38,112 nucleotides of DNA, from positions 1-38,112 of the IMG/VR virus record IMGVR_UViG_3300042363_000224; one strand, 5' to 3'. This DNA comes from a virus (taxonomy: Duplodnaviria; Caudoviricetes). A model generated the notes under the pieces. That model was not told where the DNA came from. It made no database searches and was given only the letters and a program-made list of their open reading frames with translations. Within the stretch, counting starts at the first letter, position 1; each line of letters begins with the position of its first letter. Positions 8,801 through 18,194 of this stretch are shown here, piece after piece. Both the position numbers and the translations under genes were made by a program.

Positions 8801-11329
8801 AGTAGCCTCAGCCTTAATGTTTGCAATCTGGCTGTAGCCACGCTCAACATTTTCCAAGTCATAATAATCTGATTCCAGACTTGCTCGCATCTGGGTAAAC
8901 TGTGGTCCGTCTGGCAATGCTTCCATTTGCGCACGCAATTGACGCATCCGTGCGTTAACTTCACGCAACTCACGGGTAGCAGGAACACCCTTAGAGTTCA
9001 TAATCTTTTCAGCCAACCACTCTGGGCTGCGACCAGCCAAAGTTGTTGGATTATGATTAGGGTATATGGTTGCATAAATGTTACGCAACTCAATTGTCGC
9101 TGCATAACGCTCAGGGTTATTAATCGCTGCACGCAAGTTCGTTAACTCATCCAAAAACACTGCATGCAAAGTTGGAAACTCTCCACGCTTAGCCGCTTCA
9201 ATAGAAGCCGCACGAACATTAGCCGCCGTCAAATCAGCAATAGCAGAATCCAACCTGCGAGTCAACCGAGCAATTTCCTGTGTTGTCATTGCCTTCTTGG
9301 CTGTTTCACCATTAAGAAACTTCGTAGCATACCTGACACCATATTTGCCCATGTCCTGCAAACGAATAACATTTTCCTGCACACGAGTACGCAAGCGTGT
9401 TTGCGTTTTCAGAATAGTACCATGCACACGCTCCAAGCGTGTAACAAGTTCTGCATCAGGGACAATCTTTTTGATTAACGGACGAATAATATCAGGGTCA
9501 CCAAAATCAAAAGCCCGTCTAGCAAACGCAACTTTGCCTTTAACTTTTGAAATAGAAAACGCATAACTATCCAAAATAGAAACCATATCGGTTTCAAAAA
9601 ACTGTAAACGACCCAAACCTTGTGCCTGAGTAGCATCACCAAAAATCTTGTTAATTTCATCAACAGTACCAAAACGCACAGGCTGACCCATAAAGGTTTC
9701 AAAAACAACTTCACCAGTATCAGGGTCAACAGATTCCCCACGCAACTTACGATACATTAAAGGACCAGTATTATCGGTCAACTCCTTCAAAGTAATGTCA
9801 GTACCCTTCCATTCACCTCTGCTTAAACTGCGTTGTCCTTGCTCAGACATCATCCATTTACGAGCAGCAGATGTAACTTTGTGATGCAAATAGTCATCAA
9901 TAAAACCAATTTCTGTAATGTTAGTTCCAAAGTCATCACCGAACTGGCGTATTTCCGCATTAGCGGAATTACGCAACTTGTTCTGCCATGCACGAATATC
10001 TAAAACCAACTGTTTAGTTTCATCAATAATAGCCCTAGAAGCCAACATTTCTGATTCAGGCATTTCAACATAACGATAAATGTTTAATGCTTCAGCATCT
10101 TTAGCACCAATGCCAACAGCCTTAGCGGCTTTGTTACGCAAGCCCTTACCAACCAAAGCCCTTTGGCGTTGAGCCAACTCAACAAGTTCTTGTTGTGCTT
10201 GGCGATAAGCAACAGATGTTTCACCCTTAGCAAATTTATTTGCAGTAAATTGAACTATGCTTGGACGAATCTGTTCATAATCTAATCCTTGACCAACACG
10301 GCGACCAAGACCCAACGCTTGAACACCCTTCAGGCTTTTTGGTGTTGTAGCGGTAACCAGCCCACGAACTGGGTTGTATTTACCAGCCTGCAACACATCA
10401 CCAATAGCGGCACGACCATAAGCAAAAGCGGTTTCAACTCCACCAGTTTTTGGAATAATTTTTCCAGCATAACGAATACCTGTACCAAGGTTTTCGGCTT
10501 CACGCAAAGCCTTAGGGATACCAGACACACCATACCTAGTTATACGGGCAACATCTACAGCATCGTCACCATACTTTTCAACCATGCGTATCGCCAATGC
10601 AACACGACCTGCACGACCAGCATGATTCAACGCACCAACACCAGCATAAGTCATTGGGTCAACTATTGCCCCAACATAAATAGTTGAAAACAACTTTGAT
10701 GCAGTTGACTTATCAGCAAACTTTTCTTCAGTAAAAAACGGATTATAATGGTCCTCACGACCAGCGTTAGCAACAAACCTATCCCAACTCGGCGCATACT
10801 GGTCAGGGTTAGACAAAATCTTAGAAGTCTTACCTTCATCACCATAACCACCAACACCCAAAAAACCAAAAACTTTTTCTTGTGCAGTAAGTGGTTTTCC
10901 TGTTTGTTTCTTTTGTTCAAGTTTTGCGCCCTGAGTTTGAAAAGCACCCTCAATTTCGTTAGCCGCAGACATCGCCGTATTCGTTAAAGGCTTAATCAAA
11001 TCAGCCCACTCGTTCAAAACAGCAACAGGACCAGCAACAACTTTTTTAGTTGCACCACCAACAGCACCAATAATTCCACCCCATGTACTAGGAGCAGGTT
11101 TACCTTCAGCCTGTTTCTGAACCTCAATAATAGCCTTAATCTTTTGGTCCTCATTCAACTTCGGGTCTATTGCAATACGGTCAATAGCCGTCTTTAAAGT
11201 TGCATCCAACTTTTGACGGTTAGTACCCTCATCTTCCTGAGTTGCTTTTGGTTTAATAACATTACCAATAGCAATACCTTTACCAGCATAAGGTTTAGGA
11301 ATATTTAACGGACCACGAGTTACAGCCAT
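5849..11329 (-). CDS. 1826-aa putative internal virion/ejection protein
   Basis: Largest ORF and last in the late operon after the tail genes; helical composition; C-terminal HFDYSDLS..D....RFIPFW pattern typical of large podophage virion proteins. Confidence 0.65.
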   Translation of the reverse strand: MAVTRGPLNIPKPYAGKGIAIGNVIKPKATQEDEGTNRQKLDATLKTAIDRIAIDPKLNEDQKIKAIIEVQKQAEGKPAPSTWGGIIGAVGGATKKVVAGPVAVLNEWADLIKPLTNTAMSAANEIEGAFQTQGAKLEQKKQTGKPLTAQEKVFGFLGVGGYGDEGKTSKILSNPDQYAPSWDRFVANAGREDHYNPFFTEEKFADKSTASKLFSTIYVGAIVDPMTYAGVGALNHAGRAGRVALAIRMVEKYGDDAVDVARITRYGVSGIPKALREAENLGTGIRYAGKIIPKTGGVETAFAYGRAAIGDVLQAGKYNPVRGLVTATTPKSLKGVQALGLGRRVGQGLDYEQIRPSIVQFTANKFAKGETSVAYRQAQQELVELAQRQRALVGKGLRNKAAKAVGIGAKDAEALNIYRYVEMPESEMLASRAIIDETKQLVLDIRAWQNKLRNSANAEIRQFGDDFGTNITEIGFIDDYLHHKVTSAARKWMMSEQGQRSLSRGEWKGTDITLKELTDNTGPLMYRKLRGESVDPDTGEVVFETFMGQPVRFGTVDEINKIFGDATQAQGLGRLQFFETDMVSILDSYAFSISKVKGKVAFARRAFDFGDPDIIRPLIKKIVPDAELVTRLERVHGTILKTQTRLRTRVQENVIRLQDMGKYGVRYATKFLNGETAKKAMTTQEIARLTRRLDSAIADLTAANVRAASIEAAKRGEFPTLHAVFLDELTNLRAAINNPERYAATIELRNIYATIYPNHNPTTLAGRSPEWLAEKIMNSKGVPATRELREVNARMRQLRAQMEALPDGPQFTQMRASLESDYYDLENVERGYSQIANIKAEATYADDGLIYGSSDDLIALPEEAGYKAFRTRPRDAGFANGDDSVAVHAIPEKELVDLRQPADFLDYFSPDNFGDDLGFALSRKGLQLEGEEFSVAYRQLIETGAYDPQLEEFYPQIAGLIDTIRFNTMGLSPNDIISDQQIVEVFEAIDDAIRQIPDLVDPEDIDIFAREIMEEVFGASAFRRSIDPNDPRQGLLIPSRLIDDTGPLDDSFAVILPHNHNFPRASGNASDVVQTVKGNKFVNSILDGDYEQASLQTSLAKAAKEEEIVQLEKSVLNSADARAELASLGKKKGGLKSAASKRLTKTEKAKEVLARTGKVEIEIGGVKQTITREQAQTQLVKMEGQLERKLASLETEIEAVYRSEGIPRIGSAGGPKIDGVADYKERLPMLLNQARVLKDWNNTVGTVLAKDIQDLHLLVTARPPRGAAAMQSASWARKVSRSLDSIDTIVDPSVRQAYERVTNILHADEAQLALLEGVTIPNIERQLELMKGGLVGRLVDDTLDGWTEITNLGVMMPDEIMSVWKPNLEKLRSKVNQNNFLQAYDYSVQFFKTYATGTIGFFVRNGMSATFMNHIAGVGHEEIINGFRAARAIGKGEDAWMRFLSKLDPAERDLYQRAWKMTEASGRGVSDDLASVALRGKISEKIINNKATQFISRKNDFVERAVRFPMAIDSLKRGQTYDEGVARLVRYHFDYSDLSAFDEAARRFIPFWIWTSRNVPLQMVEQLVHPSAYNTYNRVVEASPVGADILMPTWLADYNPIAFAGVDQEDRNVPFLPFDIPMTKKGGQWVMTPDLPMVRLQQQLESFTNPAKLIGQLAPVIKLPAEFIANRQLGIDVGPFKDTKVPAEGVVDKYVLATIAEIVGGEALVSIDPKTGGLVINEKVPYTAQNAIPTLGQMNRVSGGFTGGKGSYKERMLGNIANWFGIPIRYVGPDQQESQAVGNSVTIRDWLSNEVEAGRMTATKDLPDTEKKTTKAPKITPPLILP

Positions 11330-11342
11330 AACTTCCTTTATG

Positions 11343-12578
11343 TTATTTCTTATTAGGTACTGCTACCCAATTTTTGCCATTCCATTCCCAATGCAAACCA
11401 GCACCTGCTGGTGTTGCAGGTTTAGATTCTTTTTGTGTTGCTGATGGCGTACCAGCACCAGCCTTGGCTGCACCAAGATTAGCAACAAGATTGCCAGACT
11501 TATCATAACGATAACCAGCAGGAGCAGCACCCTTAATAGCAGCAAAAGGACTCTTTGCTTCATCTGGAGGCAACGCTGGAGGAGGAGGAGCATACTTTGC
11601 TGTAGTGTCAGCCTTCAGTTCAATAATCTTAGACAAAGCAGTATTCAACTTGTCCTCAACACTAGCCTCGCTACCAGCACGAGCAGTAGCCAACTCATTC
11701 AACATCTTAGAATAATCTAATTCTATACCAGAACTAATTTCAGGTTGACGCATACCCAAGAATGTTTGTCCAGCCGCACTAGCCCCACGAGCAGAGTTCT
11801 TTAATGCTTCCAAATAGTTTTGTTGAACATCACCATAACGAGTAGCCGACTGTGTTTGTAACTGATTCATAAAGTCATTCAACGATTTGTCCATCGCCGC
11901 TTGTGACTGAACCGCTTCTTCACCAGCACCCTGTTGACGCAAAGCCTCCAACAAAGGATTCTGTATAGCCTGCATATTAACCATCGGCATATTGGAATAT
12001 GCTGATGTAGGTTTAACAGCGTTCAAGAAATCAATCTCAGCCTGAGAAACATCAGACTGACCCTGAGTTATCAAAGTCTCCAAAAGTTTCAACTGTCGTT
12101 TCCGTTGGTCATCAATTTGTTCTGCCTGAGGGTCATAAATATCACCTAAACGACCAAGTGCTGCGGTCTTAGCATCCTTTGCTGTCTTTTCATAATCTGC
12201 AACAGCCTGCATACCCGAAGCATAAGCCAACGCACGGTCCTGAGCCTCTTTCAAAGCCTTGTCTGTATCTGCTTTCGCTTTAGCACCACCATCGGTTTTT
12301 ACCGCAGCAGGTGCTGCGATTGCTTTACCAGTAACCGCACTAACACGATTTCCTTTACCACTATTCGCTGTAGGGTCATACGCCCCAACTGTTACTGAAG
12401 GTTCTGAACCAGCACGACCAGCCTCTACAAGATTTTTTTGTGCCGCAGAACCAAACATCCGTTGCTTATCAAACTGTTCCTGAGTAGCAGCATTACTGGA
12501 AGCAGCCAACGCCAAACGAGCATTTCTTTCCTCATCTGATTCACGAACCAAACGACCATTCTTGTAAACAATACTCAT
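11343..12578 (-). CDS. Putative internal virion/ejection protein
   Basis: Ala/Gln-rich helical 411-aa ORF; position between nozzle and largest gene. Confidence 0.55.
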   Translation of the reverse strand: MSIVYKNGRLVRESDEERNARLALAASSNAATQEQFDKQRMFGSAAQKNLVEAGRAGSEPSVTVGAYDPTANSGKGNRVSAVTGKAIAAPAAVKTDGGAKAKADTDKALKEAQDRALAYASGMQAVADYEKTAKDAKTAALGRLGDIYDPQAEQIDDQRKRQLKLLETLITQGQSDVSQAEIDFLNAVKPTSAYSNMPMVNMQAIQNPLLEALRQQGAGEEAVQSQAAMDKSLNDFMNQLQTQSATRYGDVQQNYLEALKNSARGASAAGQTFLGMRQPEISSGIELDYSKMLNELATARAGSEASVEDKLNTALSKIIELKADTTAKYAPPPPALPPDEAKSPFAAIKGAAPAGYRYDKSGNLVANLGAAKAGAGTPSATQKESKPATPAGAGLHWEWNGKNWVAVPNKK

Positions 12579-12587
12579 AACAAACCC

Positions 12588-13025
12588 CTAGTAACTTTGG
12601 AAAGCACGCAACTGTGTTGCGGCATTTATAATGTCACGCTGCTTCTGCAAACGCTGTTCAGCCAAATATGATTCCAAATCAGCCTGCTGCATAGACTCAT
12701 CCATAGCAATCTTATTCAACTCATCTTGCATGGACATCTGTTCGGAACCTAAACGGGCTTGAATACCAGCCGCATAATCCTCTAAACCTTTACGAGCAAT
12801 ACCAGACTGCACATTAGGTCCAGCCAAACCACGGCGACCATAAACACTTGTTTGTGGGTTGAAACCCTCTACACCAGCCTTGGTGATGTCAGCAATTTTG
12901 CGGGAGCCTCGCTGCTGACCCAAAAGGGCAGCCTGCTGGTTAGCAATAGAACGCTTCTGCCTTCTAGCAATCTGAGCAGATTCGCTAAGCCCAAAGTCTT
13001 GATAATATGCGTCTGTCATGCTCAC
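12588..13025 (-). CDS. Putative small internal virion protein
   Basis: Gln/Ala-rich helical ORF; preceded by the GGAAC motif. Confidence 0.55.
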   Translation of the reverse strand: MSMTDAYYQDFGLSESAQIARRQKRSIANQQAALLGQQRGSRKIADITKAGVEGFNPQTSVYGRRGLAGPNVQSGIARKGLEDYAAGIQARLGSEQMSMQDELNKIAMDESMQQADLESYLAEQRLQKQRDIINAATQLRAFQSY

Positions 13026-13026
13026 A

Positions 13027-13197
13027 TTAATACCTCGTTTGTTCCTTAAAATTCAAGGTGTTTCTATCTTTCAAAACATCTATTTCTGCTTGCATCCGAC
13101 CCAGTTCAGCCTGAAGTGATGAAAAGATGCGTTGAAGCGCATCTTTATCGGTCCCTGTTAGCACGGACAAGAATGGTGTTTGCCAGCCGACTTTCAT
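13027..13197 (-). CDS. Hypothetical 56-aa coiled-coil protein (not in ORF track)
   Basis: MKVGWQTPFLS...FKEQTRY; its ATG overlaps the upstream TGA and it fills the gap exactly. Confidence 0.7.
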   Translation of the reverse strand: MKVGWQTPFLSVLTGTDKDALQRIFSSLQAELGRMQAEIDVLKDRNTLNFKEQTRY

Positions 13198-13427
13198 CAG
13201 CCAAAAACCTGTGAACCCAAAATAATTTGGTCGCTGTCACCAGAAGCCGTTAAAGCCGACACGGTGGCTGCCGCCAGTTTGCTATAAACAATTGACCCAT
13301 CATCAAGGTTTGTCCCTGCTGCCAATGCTTCAACAAAAGTTTTAACATCATTGAAGTTTGTATTAACTTCTGTAGCAACGGCAGGTGTGCCGTTGGTAAA
13401 ACTGTTTGTAATACTAAGAGTTGCCAT
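13197..13427 (-). CDS. Short tail-associated structural protein
   Basis: FTNGTPAVATEVNTNF resembles fibre N-terminal attachment motifs; directly follows the nozzle gene. Confidence 0.55.
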   Translation of the reverse strand: MATLSITNSFTNGTPAVATEVNTNFNDVKTFVEALAAGTNLDDGSIVYSKLAAATVSALTASGDSDQIILGSQVFG

Positions 13428-13430
13428 AAA

Positions 13431-15041
13431 TTAACCTTTAATCCTTCGTGCCTGATATTTATAACCGATGCTGTTTACGCCCCATTTTTTACTGGCTGGA
13501 CCAATAAATTCCAACTGGATACACCGTGCCAAACCAAGGTTTCGTCCAGCAATAACCTTGGAACTAATAGCACCACTAGACCAATCCTCACCCCACAAAC
13601 CAGAACCCCAAAGCAACGATGTTGTTGGTGGTGTTTGTATAATGCTAAAAATCTTTCTTTCATTACCTTCACCCTCGGTGAAGTCATGATAAACTTTTAC
13701 CGCAATGCTCTGAGCAATGTCGGCTTCTTTAACAACAAAATCTGGGCGGCGAAACATTTTCTTTTGCATATAAGACCCACCATCAAACCAGCGTGTCTTA
13801 TAATATGATTCAAAAGCGGTGCTGGTTCCAGAAATGTTATCTGATTCATCGTTAAACATGTCAACCTTCAAAACATATGCTTGCGTTGGATGACACATCA
13901 AACGATAATCCGCTTCAGTTGAATCAGTCCAATTACATCCGCCAACCAAACCATAACCATCATGGCTGGAAAACATTGTGTAAACACCACCACGAATAGT
14001 TGGGTCCAAAACAAAGTTAACCGTAGGCACAGTAACAGTTGTTTCCTTAGAGTATGGTGCAGAAACCCACACACGGCGACCAACCCAAGAAACGCTAATG
14101 GATTCATGGTCGGCAGGGTTTATATAGTTCAAGTCAATAGCAGTACGAAGGTTGTCAAACATGTCTTTAATGGATGCACCATTATAAAAATATAATCCTT
14201 GGTTATGGCTAAACCAGTAAACACCATCATCTGCCTGTGCAATAGCATGGTGGCTTATACAACCAAGACGGTTCGTTAGTTCAACAACTTGAAAGTTGTC
14301 ACTAGCGTAACCAAAAATTACATACACAGCGTTAGGTTTAAAAACAACTAATTGTCCTGATACAACAGCCATACCTGTGATACCGTTGCCGCCGCCAACG
14401 ATATCAAAATAATCATCTTCATCCCAGTTTTCTGGAGCGTTTTCTAATGACCAACGCAAACGGTTTGGGTAATATGTTCCAGCCTCAGTTGTATTAGCAG
14501 CCCACATTTTATTAGCATGGACAATAAGGTGTTCTGCTGTTGGCATTTTGCGTTCAGAAGTGGTTGGTGTTGTTTGCCAAGCATGAGGTGCAGTGCCAGA
14601 TGCTGTCAATGCTGTCGCATATGTGTCTGTTGTTTTCCACACATAACCACCACTACCGCTACGACCAGTAGCAAGATACATGCTGTCAGCCCACTGTGCC
14701 ATACAAAAACCATGAGGACTAGCGGAAACAACATCATTGCCTGAGGAATACTGGAGAGTAGTAAAGTTTCCACCAGTTGATTTATAAACCTTGGTGCTAT
14801 TAGCCAACAGGATTGTTGGCGTTGCACCACTAAACGGATACAACTTTTGCGGACTCCAAGTACCCGAAACTGCTGTCGTGTTTAACCTTTGGTAACCACC
14901 ACGACTGAAAACACCACCTCGTGGGTCAATTTCAACATTCAACATGTCAGGTGACTCAAAAGTTGACAACTGGAATTGGTCTGCACGGAAGTTCAGTCCA
15001 CCAGTAAAATCACTTACCTCGGTAATGTTTAATCCAGCCAT
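13431..15041 (-). CDS. Tail nozzle/hub protein (tubular protein B / P22 gp10-like)
   Basis: DFTGGLN start, beta-rich sequence, RLRWS...PENW; follows the adaptor gene. Confidence 0.7.
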   Translation of the reverse strand: MAGLNITEVSDFTGGLNFRADQFQLSTFESPDMLNVEIDPRGGVFSRGGYQRLNTTAVSGTWSPQKLYPFSGATPTILLANSTKVYKSTGGNFTTLQYSSGNDVVSASPHGFCMAQWADSMYLATGRSGSGGYVWKTTDTYATALTASGTAPHAWQTTPTTSERKMPTAEHLIVHANKMWAANTTEAGTYYPNRLRWSLENAPENWDEDDYFDIVGGGNGITGMAVVSGQLVVFKPNAVYVIFGYASDNFQVVELTNRLGCISHHAIAQADDGVYWFSHNQGLYFYNGASIKDMFDNLRTAIDLNYINPADHESISVSWVGRRVWVSAPYSKETTVTVPTVNFVLDPTIRGGVYTMFSSHDGYGLVGGCNWTDSTEADYRLMCHPTQAYVLKVDMFNDESDNISGTSTAFESYYKTRWFDGGSYMQKKMFRRPDFVVKEADIAQSIAVKVYHDFTEGEGNERKIFSIIQTPPTTSLLWGSGLWGEDWSSGAISSKVIAGRNLGLARCIQLEFIGPASKKWGVNSIGYKYQARRIKG

Positions 15042-15757
15042 TATTGGTTATCTTTTAAACCTTGCCCCATGCGTGTCATCCAACCATTAAAAGTTGGACG
15101 ACCAGTGGTACGACCAGCAGACAACACCAAGTTAGCATGACTATTTGGTGTCATCACAGACTTAACAGCCAACATAACACCCTCATCAAAAGACCGTTTA
15201 TAAACATCAGCCATAGCGACATCCTCTAAACGCTGATACACACGGCTACAAGCATAATAAACTAAAGCAAAATGCAAGTTCGCACTAGCGTCAACATAAC
15301 CACCATCAGTAACCCAATCAATAGGTTCACGATAACCACGGACAGTCAAAGTACGAGCATTGTTCGGTTTAGGAAACAAATGAATGTTGCCATTCCAAAT
15401 AGAATAAAACAATGGGTCACCACTCGTGTCATACGCACCAATATAGGTGTTTTCAGCCTCATCATGTGAAACCATGTCCAAGCGCAAACCAATACCCGTG
15501 TTATCCACAATAGACACAATCTGCGACATAGGGTCAGCAGTAAAAGCACTAATAGGGTAAGCCCGTTGCTCAGCAACAGTATTAAAAGTAAACGACTTCT
15601 CTAGGAAGGTCCAACGCTTCTCAATGTCCAAAATACGGTAGTAGCCGTCACGGATATAAAGATTCAGCAACGAATCGGGTAGGTCCTCAGAGTCAAGGTC
15701 CGTTATGTCTCGTACTGTTTGACGCAACGATGTTGCGGTCATCTGGGCATAAGCCAT
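15041..15757 (-). CDS. Head-tail adaptor / tail tubular protein A
   Basis: LRQTVR..., WTFLE, IHLFPKP, HFALVYYA pattern; size and position fit. Confidence 0.7.
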   Translation of the reverse strand: MAYAQMTATSLRQTVRDITDLDSEDLPDSLLNLYIRDGYYRILDIEKRWTFLEKSFTFNTVAEQRAYPISAFTADPMSQIVSIVDNTGIGLRLDMVSHDEAENTYIGAYDTSGDPLFYSIWNGNIHLFPKPNNARTLTVRGYREPIDWVTDGGYVDASANLHFALVYYACSRVYQRLEDVAMADVYKRSFDEGVMLAVKSVMTPNSHANLVLSAGRTTGRPTFNGWMTRMGQGLKDNQ

Positions 15758-15981
15758 TATGCCTCCTGTTCAGATTTGATTTTCTTTAAATGACCTGCAC
15801 AAAACGACTGTCCACGCACCTTGTTTGCACCACAGGTGTCATCGTTTCCAGTGCATTTGTCACCACGACCAATATAAGGTCCACTAGGGGCAGCGATACG
15901 GGAACCAGCAACCGCCGCAAGGCGGTATCCAGTCTGAGGGGTTCCATAATAGGCGTGAGCAGGGACAGCGTTATTGTTCAT
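15757..15981 (-). CDS. Small Cys/His (Zn-binding) protein
   Basis: C-x6-C-x9-C-x2-H; preceded by the GGAAC motif. Confidence 0.6.
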   Translation of the reverse strand: MNNNAVPAHAYYGTPQTGYRLAAVAGSRIAAPSGPYIGRGDKCTGNDDTCGANKVRGQSFCAGHLKKIKSEQEA

Positions 15982-16011
15982 CACTCATAGGGGAATTGTT
16001 CCCCAAAAGCA

Positions 16012-16512
16012 TCAACCGCCCTGTAATTGCAACAACAACAGTTCAAGCGGAGAATATGTATAATCCGTTGAACCGCTAAAAGAACCAGCAGTTTGATTCC
16101 TCAAAGGCTTAGACGACCTAAGGGCATCCAACATCATTTTGGTTGTCTTATCAACATTCTTCAATTTTTTGCCAGCCTTAGCAAAAGGAAAAAAATTCAT
16201 AGCAGCCCACATAGGGTCCAGTTTCTCAGACTTACCCTGAACCAGTCTTTGTGCTTCGCTGGCTGGAGTAAAGAAATCAGCCAAAAACTTGGTTGTTTCA
16301 TAATCCTGTTTAACCTTGTTATTACCAGCCTGAGCCAAAACATCAGAATAAGGCGCAGCCTTAGACTGACCACCACCCATCAAACCCATAACATCCTGAC
16401 TGGTTATCTTGCCTTCAGCAAGATTCATACCAGCCGCAACCTTAGGTTGTTTTAAAAACCCTAATAGGTCCCCAATATCAAAACTAGGTTTCTGTTTCTT
16501 AGGCTTAGCCAC
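16012..16512 (-). CDS. Hypothetical basic protein
   Basis: ORF with Lys-rich N-terminus, packed tightly in the operon. Confidence 0.7.
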   Translation of the reverse strand: MAKPKKQKPSFDIGDLLGFLKQPKVAAGMNLAEGKITSQDVMGLMGGGQSKAAPYSDVLAQAGNNKVKQDYETTKFLADFFTPASEAQRLVQGKSEKLDPMWAAMNFFPFAKAGKKLKNVDKTTKMMLDALRSSKPLRNQTAGSFSGSTDYTYSPLELLLLQLQGG

Positions 16513-16514
16513 AA

Positions 16515-17006
16515 CTACTTCTTGTTGTCTCGTGGCTTCTTACGAGCGTTCTTAGCACGGTTCTCAGCAGCCTTCTTACGGGCATCAATACGGTCAGGCG
16601 CATTACGCCCACCCGACTGAGTAAAGTTTTTTTTGCGTTCAGCACGAAGGCGAGCAGCAGTCATAGCGGCAGTTTCATCAGCAGATTGCTTTGCACCCTG
16701 ACCCTTGAACTTGCTGTCCATGCCACGCAATGCTTTTTCTTCACGCAAACGCTGTGTAACGCTTTTGGCGTTACTAGCCCGTTCCTTGGCATAACGCTCA
16801 GCACCAAGTTTCTTGCTCCACTCAACATTAAGAGCATCCTTACCAGCCTTGGACTTGGAAGCAGAATCCATGTATTGACGCTGGATGCCTTGAAGTTCTC
16901 TTGCCTTCTTCATTGCATCAGGAGTACCCTTTTTCAGCAATCTTGCAATCTGCTTTCCAATGTCATCAATAATACCCTTAGGTTTATTAGCCTTCTTAGC
17001 AGCCAT
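16515..17006 (-). CDS. Highly basic Lys/Arg/Ala-rich protein
   Basis: Starts MAAKKANKPKG; composition. Confidence 0.75.
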   Translation of the reverse strand: MAAKKANKPKGIIDDIGKQIARLLKKGTPDAMKKARELQGIQRQYMDSASKSKAGKDALNVEWSKKLGAERYAKERASNAKSVTQRLREEKALRGMDSKFKGQGAKQSADETAAMTAARLRAERKKNFTQSGGRNAPDRIDARKKAAENRAKNARKKPRDNKK

Positions 17007-17008
17007 GT

Positions 17009-17245
17009 TTAGTAGTCACCCTTGCTGTTACGCAAAACATAATCTTTGTAATCTTTGGTCATACCGCCCTTGGCGTTATAAGGATTCTTCTTATACTTGG
17101 GGTCAGATACATCGTTCATACCTTTTTTGACAACCTTCTTGGAGCCTTTCTTGGCTCCAGAAACGGCTTTCTTCAACAAAGGTTCAATGACATCATCAAT
17201 GCCACGGACATGTCCGACACGGGATTCAATAGCAGGCTTACGCAT
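17009..17245 (-). CDS. Small Lys-rich protein
   Basis: Starts MRKPAIE; packed tightly. Confidence 0.7.
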   Translation of the reverse strand: MRKPAIESRVGHVRGIDDVIEPLLKKAVSGAKKGSKKVVKKGMNDVSDPKYKKNPYNAKGGMTKDYKDYVLRNSKGDY

Positions 17246-17477
17246 TTGGTTTCTTCTTCTTAGGCTTTGTCAAACCAAGTGCATAAGACGAAGCAGCCTT
17301 CTTCTTCGGAGGATACGACTTTGCTTGTGCAGTCATACGCTTAGAAGCAGCATTAGCAGCCTTCTTAGCCTTAACCTTGCCCATACCAATAGCCTGTGCT
17401 TCTTTCTTTTTACGAAGCGAATCAGCGTTCATCATCCACTTAGGAATATTCAAATCACTATTTTTTTTCATAGGCAT
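17238..17477 (-). CDS. Small Lys/Ala-rich protein (79 aa)
   Basis: Start reassigned to MPMKK at 17477, directly after the stop of the upstream mini-ORF. Confidence 0.7.
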   Translation of the reverse strand: MPMKKNSDLNIPKWMMNADSLRKKKEAQAIGMGKVKAKKAANAASKRMTAQAKSYPPKKKAASSYALGLTKPKKKKPNA

Positions 17478-17478
17478 A

Positions 17479-17619
17479 TTAACTACCGTATCCCATCTTC
17501 TTTTCAGACTTCTTAGACTTCTTAGACTTAGCCGACTTCTTGGGGTAGTTAGATGTAACTGTCCCCGCCTTTGGTTTCGCATCAGCATGACTGGACAGAA
17601 TTGAATATTTTACAGGCAT
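17479..17619 (-). CDS. 46-aa Lys/Ser-rich protein (not in ORF track)
   Basis: MPVKYSIL...KKSAKSKKSKKSEKKMGYGS; AGGAG SD; a 9-bp tandem unit encodes the KKS repeats. Confidence 0.75.
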   Translation of the reverse strand: MPVKYSILSSHADAKPKAGTVTSNYPKKSAKSKKSKKSEKKMGYGS

Positions 17620-17640
17620 TATTTTACTCCTATATAGAGA

Positions 17641-17670
17641 AATGGTGGGGAGTTTCTGCTCCCCACCATT
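17641..17670 (-). terminator. 12-bp hairpin after capsid/decoration genes, probable terminator
   Basis: AATGGTGGGGAG-cagaaa-CTCCCCACCATT followed by TCTCT (weak U tract). Confidence 0.6.
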
Positions 17671-17693
17671 ACCAATTTGTTCCCTAGTGGGGA

Positions 17694-18113
17694 TTATGCT
17701 CGGTAGATTGAAACCGTGTCTGCGGCAGTGAACACTGCAACATACGATGCTGATGAAGCGGCTGCAACCGAAAAGGTTGCTGCTACACCAACAAGAGTTA
17801 CACCCGATGCTCCAGCAGTTACCACGATTGGGTGGGTTGCTGCGGCTGCGTTAACAACGGTGAATTGGAAACTTGAACCAACTGCTTCGTCACCAAACGC
17901 TGCACCAAGTTCCGCACCAGTTGGTGTGGTCAAAGTGCGGGACGCTGTTGGTGTCATCGTGTATAGTGTGCGTGCTGCACCAGCAAGAGTTGCTGCAACC
18001 TGTACGGTTGCTGCGTCTGTTGCTGCTACTACGGTTACTTTTTCTTCTTTGGTTGCCCAGTCTGCAAGACGGGTACGGTCAATTGCACCGCTAGTGTTTG
18101 AAATAAGTGGCAT
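17694..18113 (-). CDS. Putative capsid decoration/cement protein
   Basis: Ala/Thr/Val-rich beta protein immediately after the major capsid gene; AGGAG SD. Confidence 0.55.
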   Translation of the reverse strand: MPLISNTSGAIDRTRLADWATKEEKVTVVAATDAATVQVAATLAGAARTLYTMTPTASRTLTTPTGAELGAAFGDEAVGSSFQFTVVNAAAATHPIVVTAGASGVTLVGVAATFSVAAASSASYVAVFTAADTVSIYRA

Positions 18114-18155
18114 ATTATTCTCCTAAATTTTTGAATTTTGTGTTTTTTTTATTAT

Positions 18156-18183
18156 GATAATGGGGGCTTGCGCCCCCACCATC
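18156..18183 (-). other. GCAA-tetraloop hairpin downstream of major capsid gene
   Basis: gatggtgggggc-GCAA-gcccccattatc with no U tract, so a stabiliser or weak terminator. Confidence 0.6.
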
Positions 18184-18194
18184 GGATTACTTAA

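Noticed and set aside
6115-10987. Numerous antisense and alternate-frame ORFs within large genes (also 36893-37561)
   Set aside because: Shadow ORFs of real genes, without RBS or recognisable motifs.
17478-17588. N-terminal extension of the track ORF 17238..17588
   Set aside because: That stretch is better explained by the SD-led 46-aa ORF 17479-17619 in another frame.
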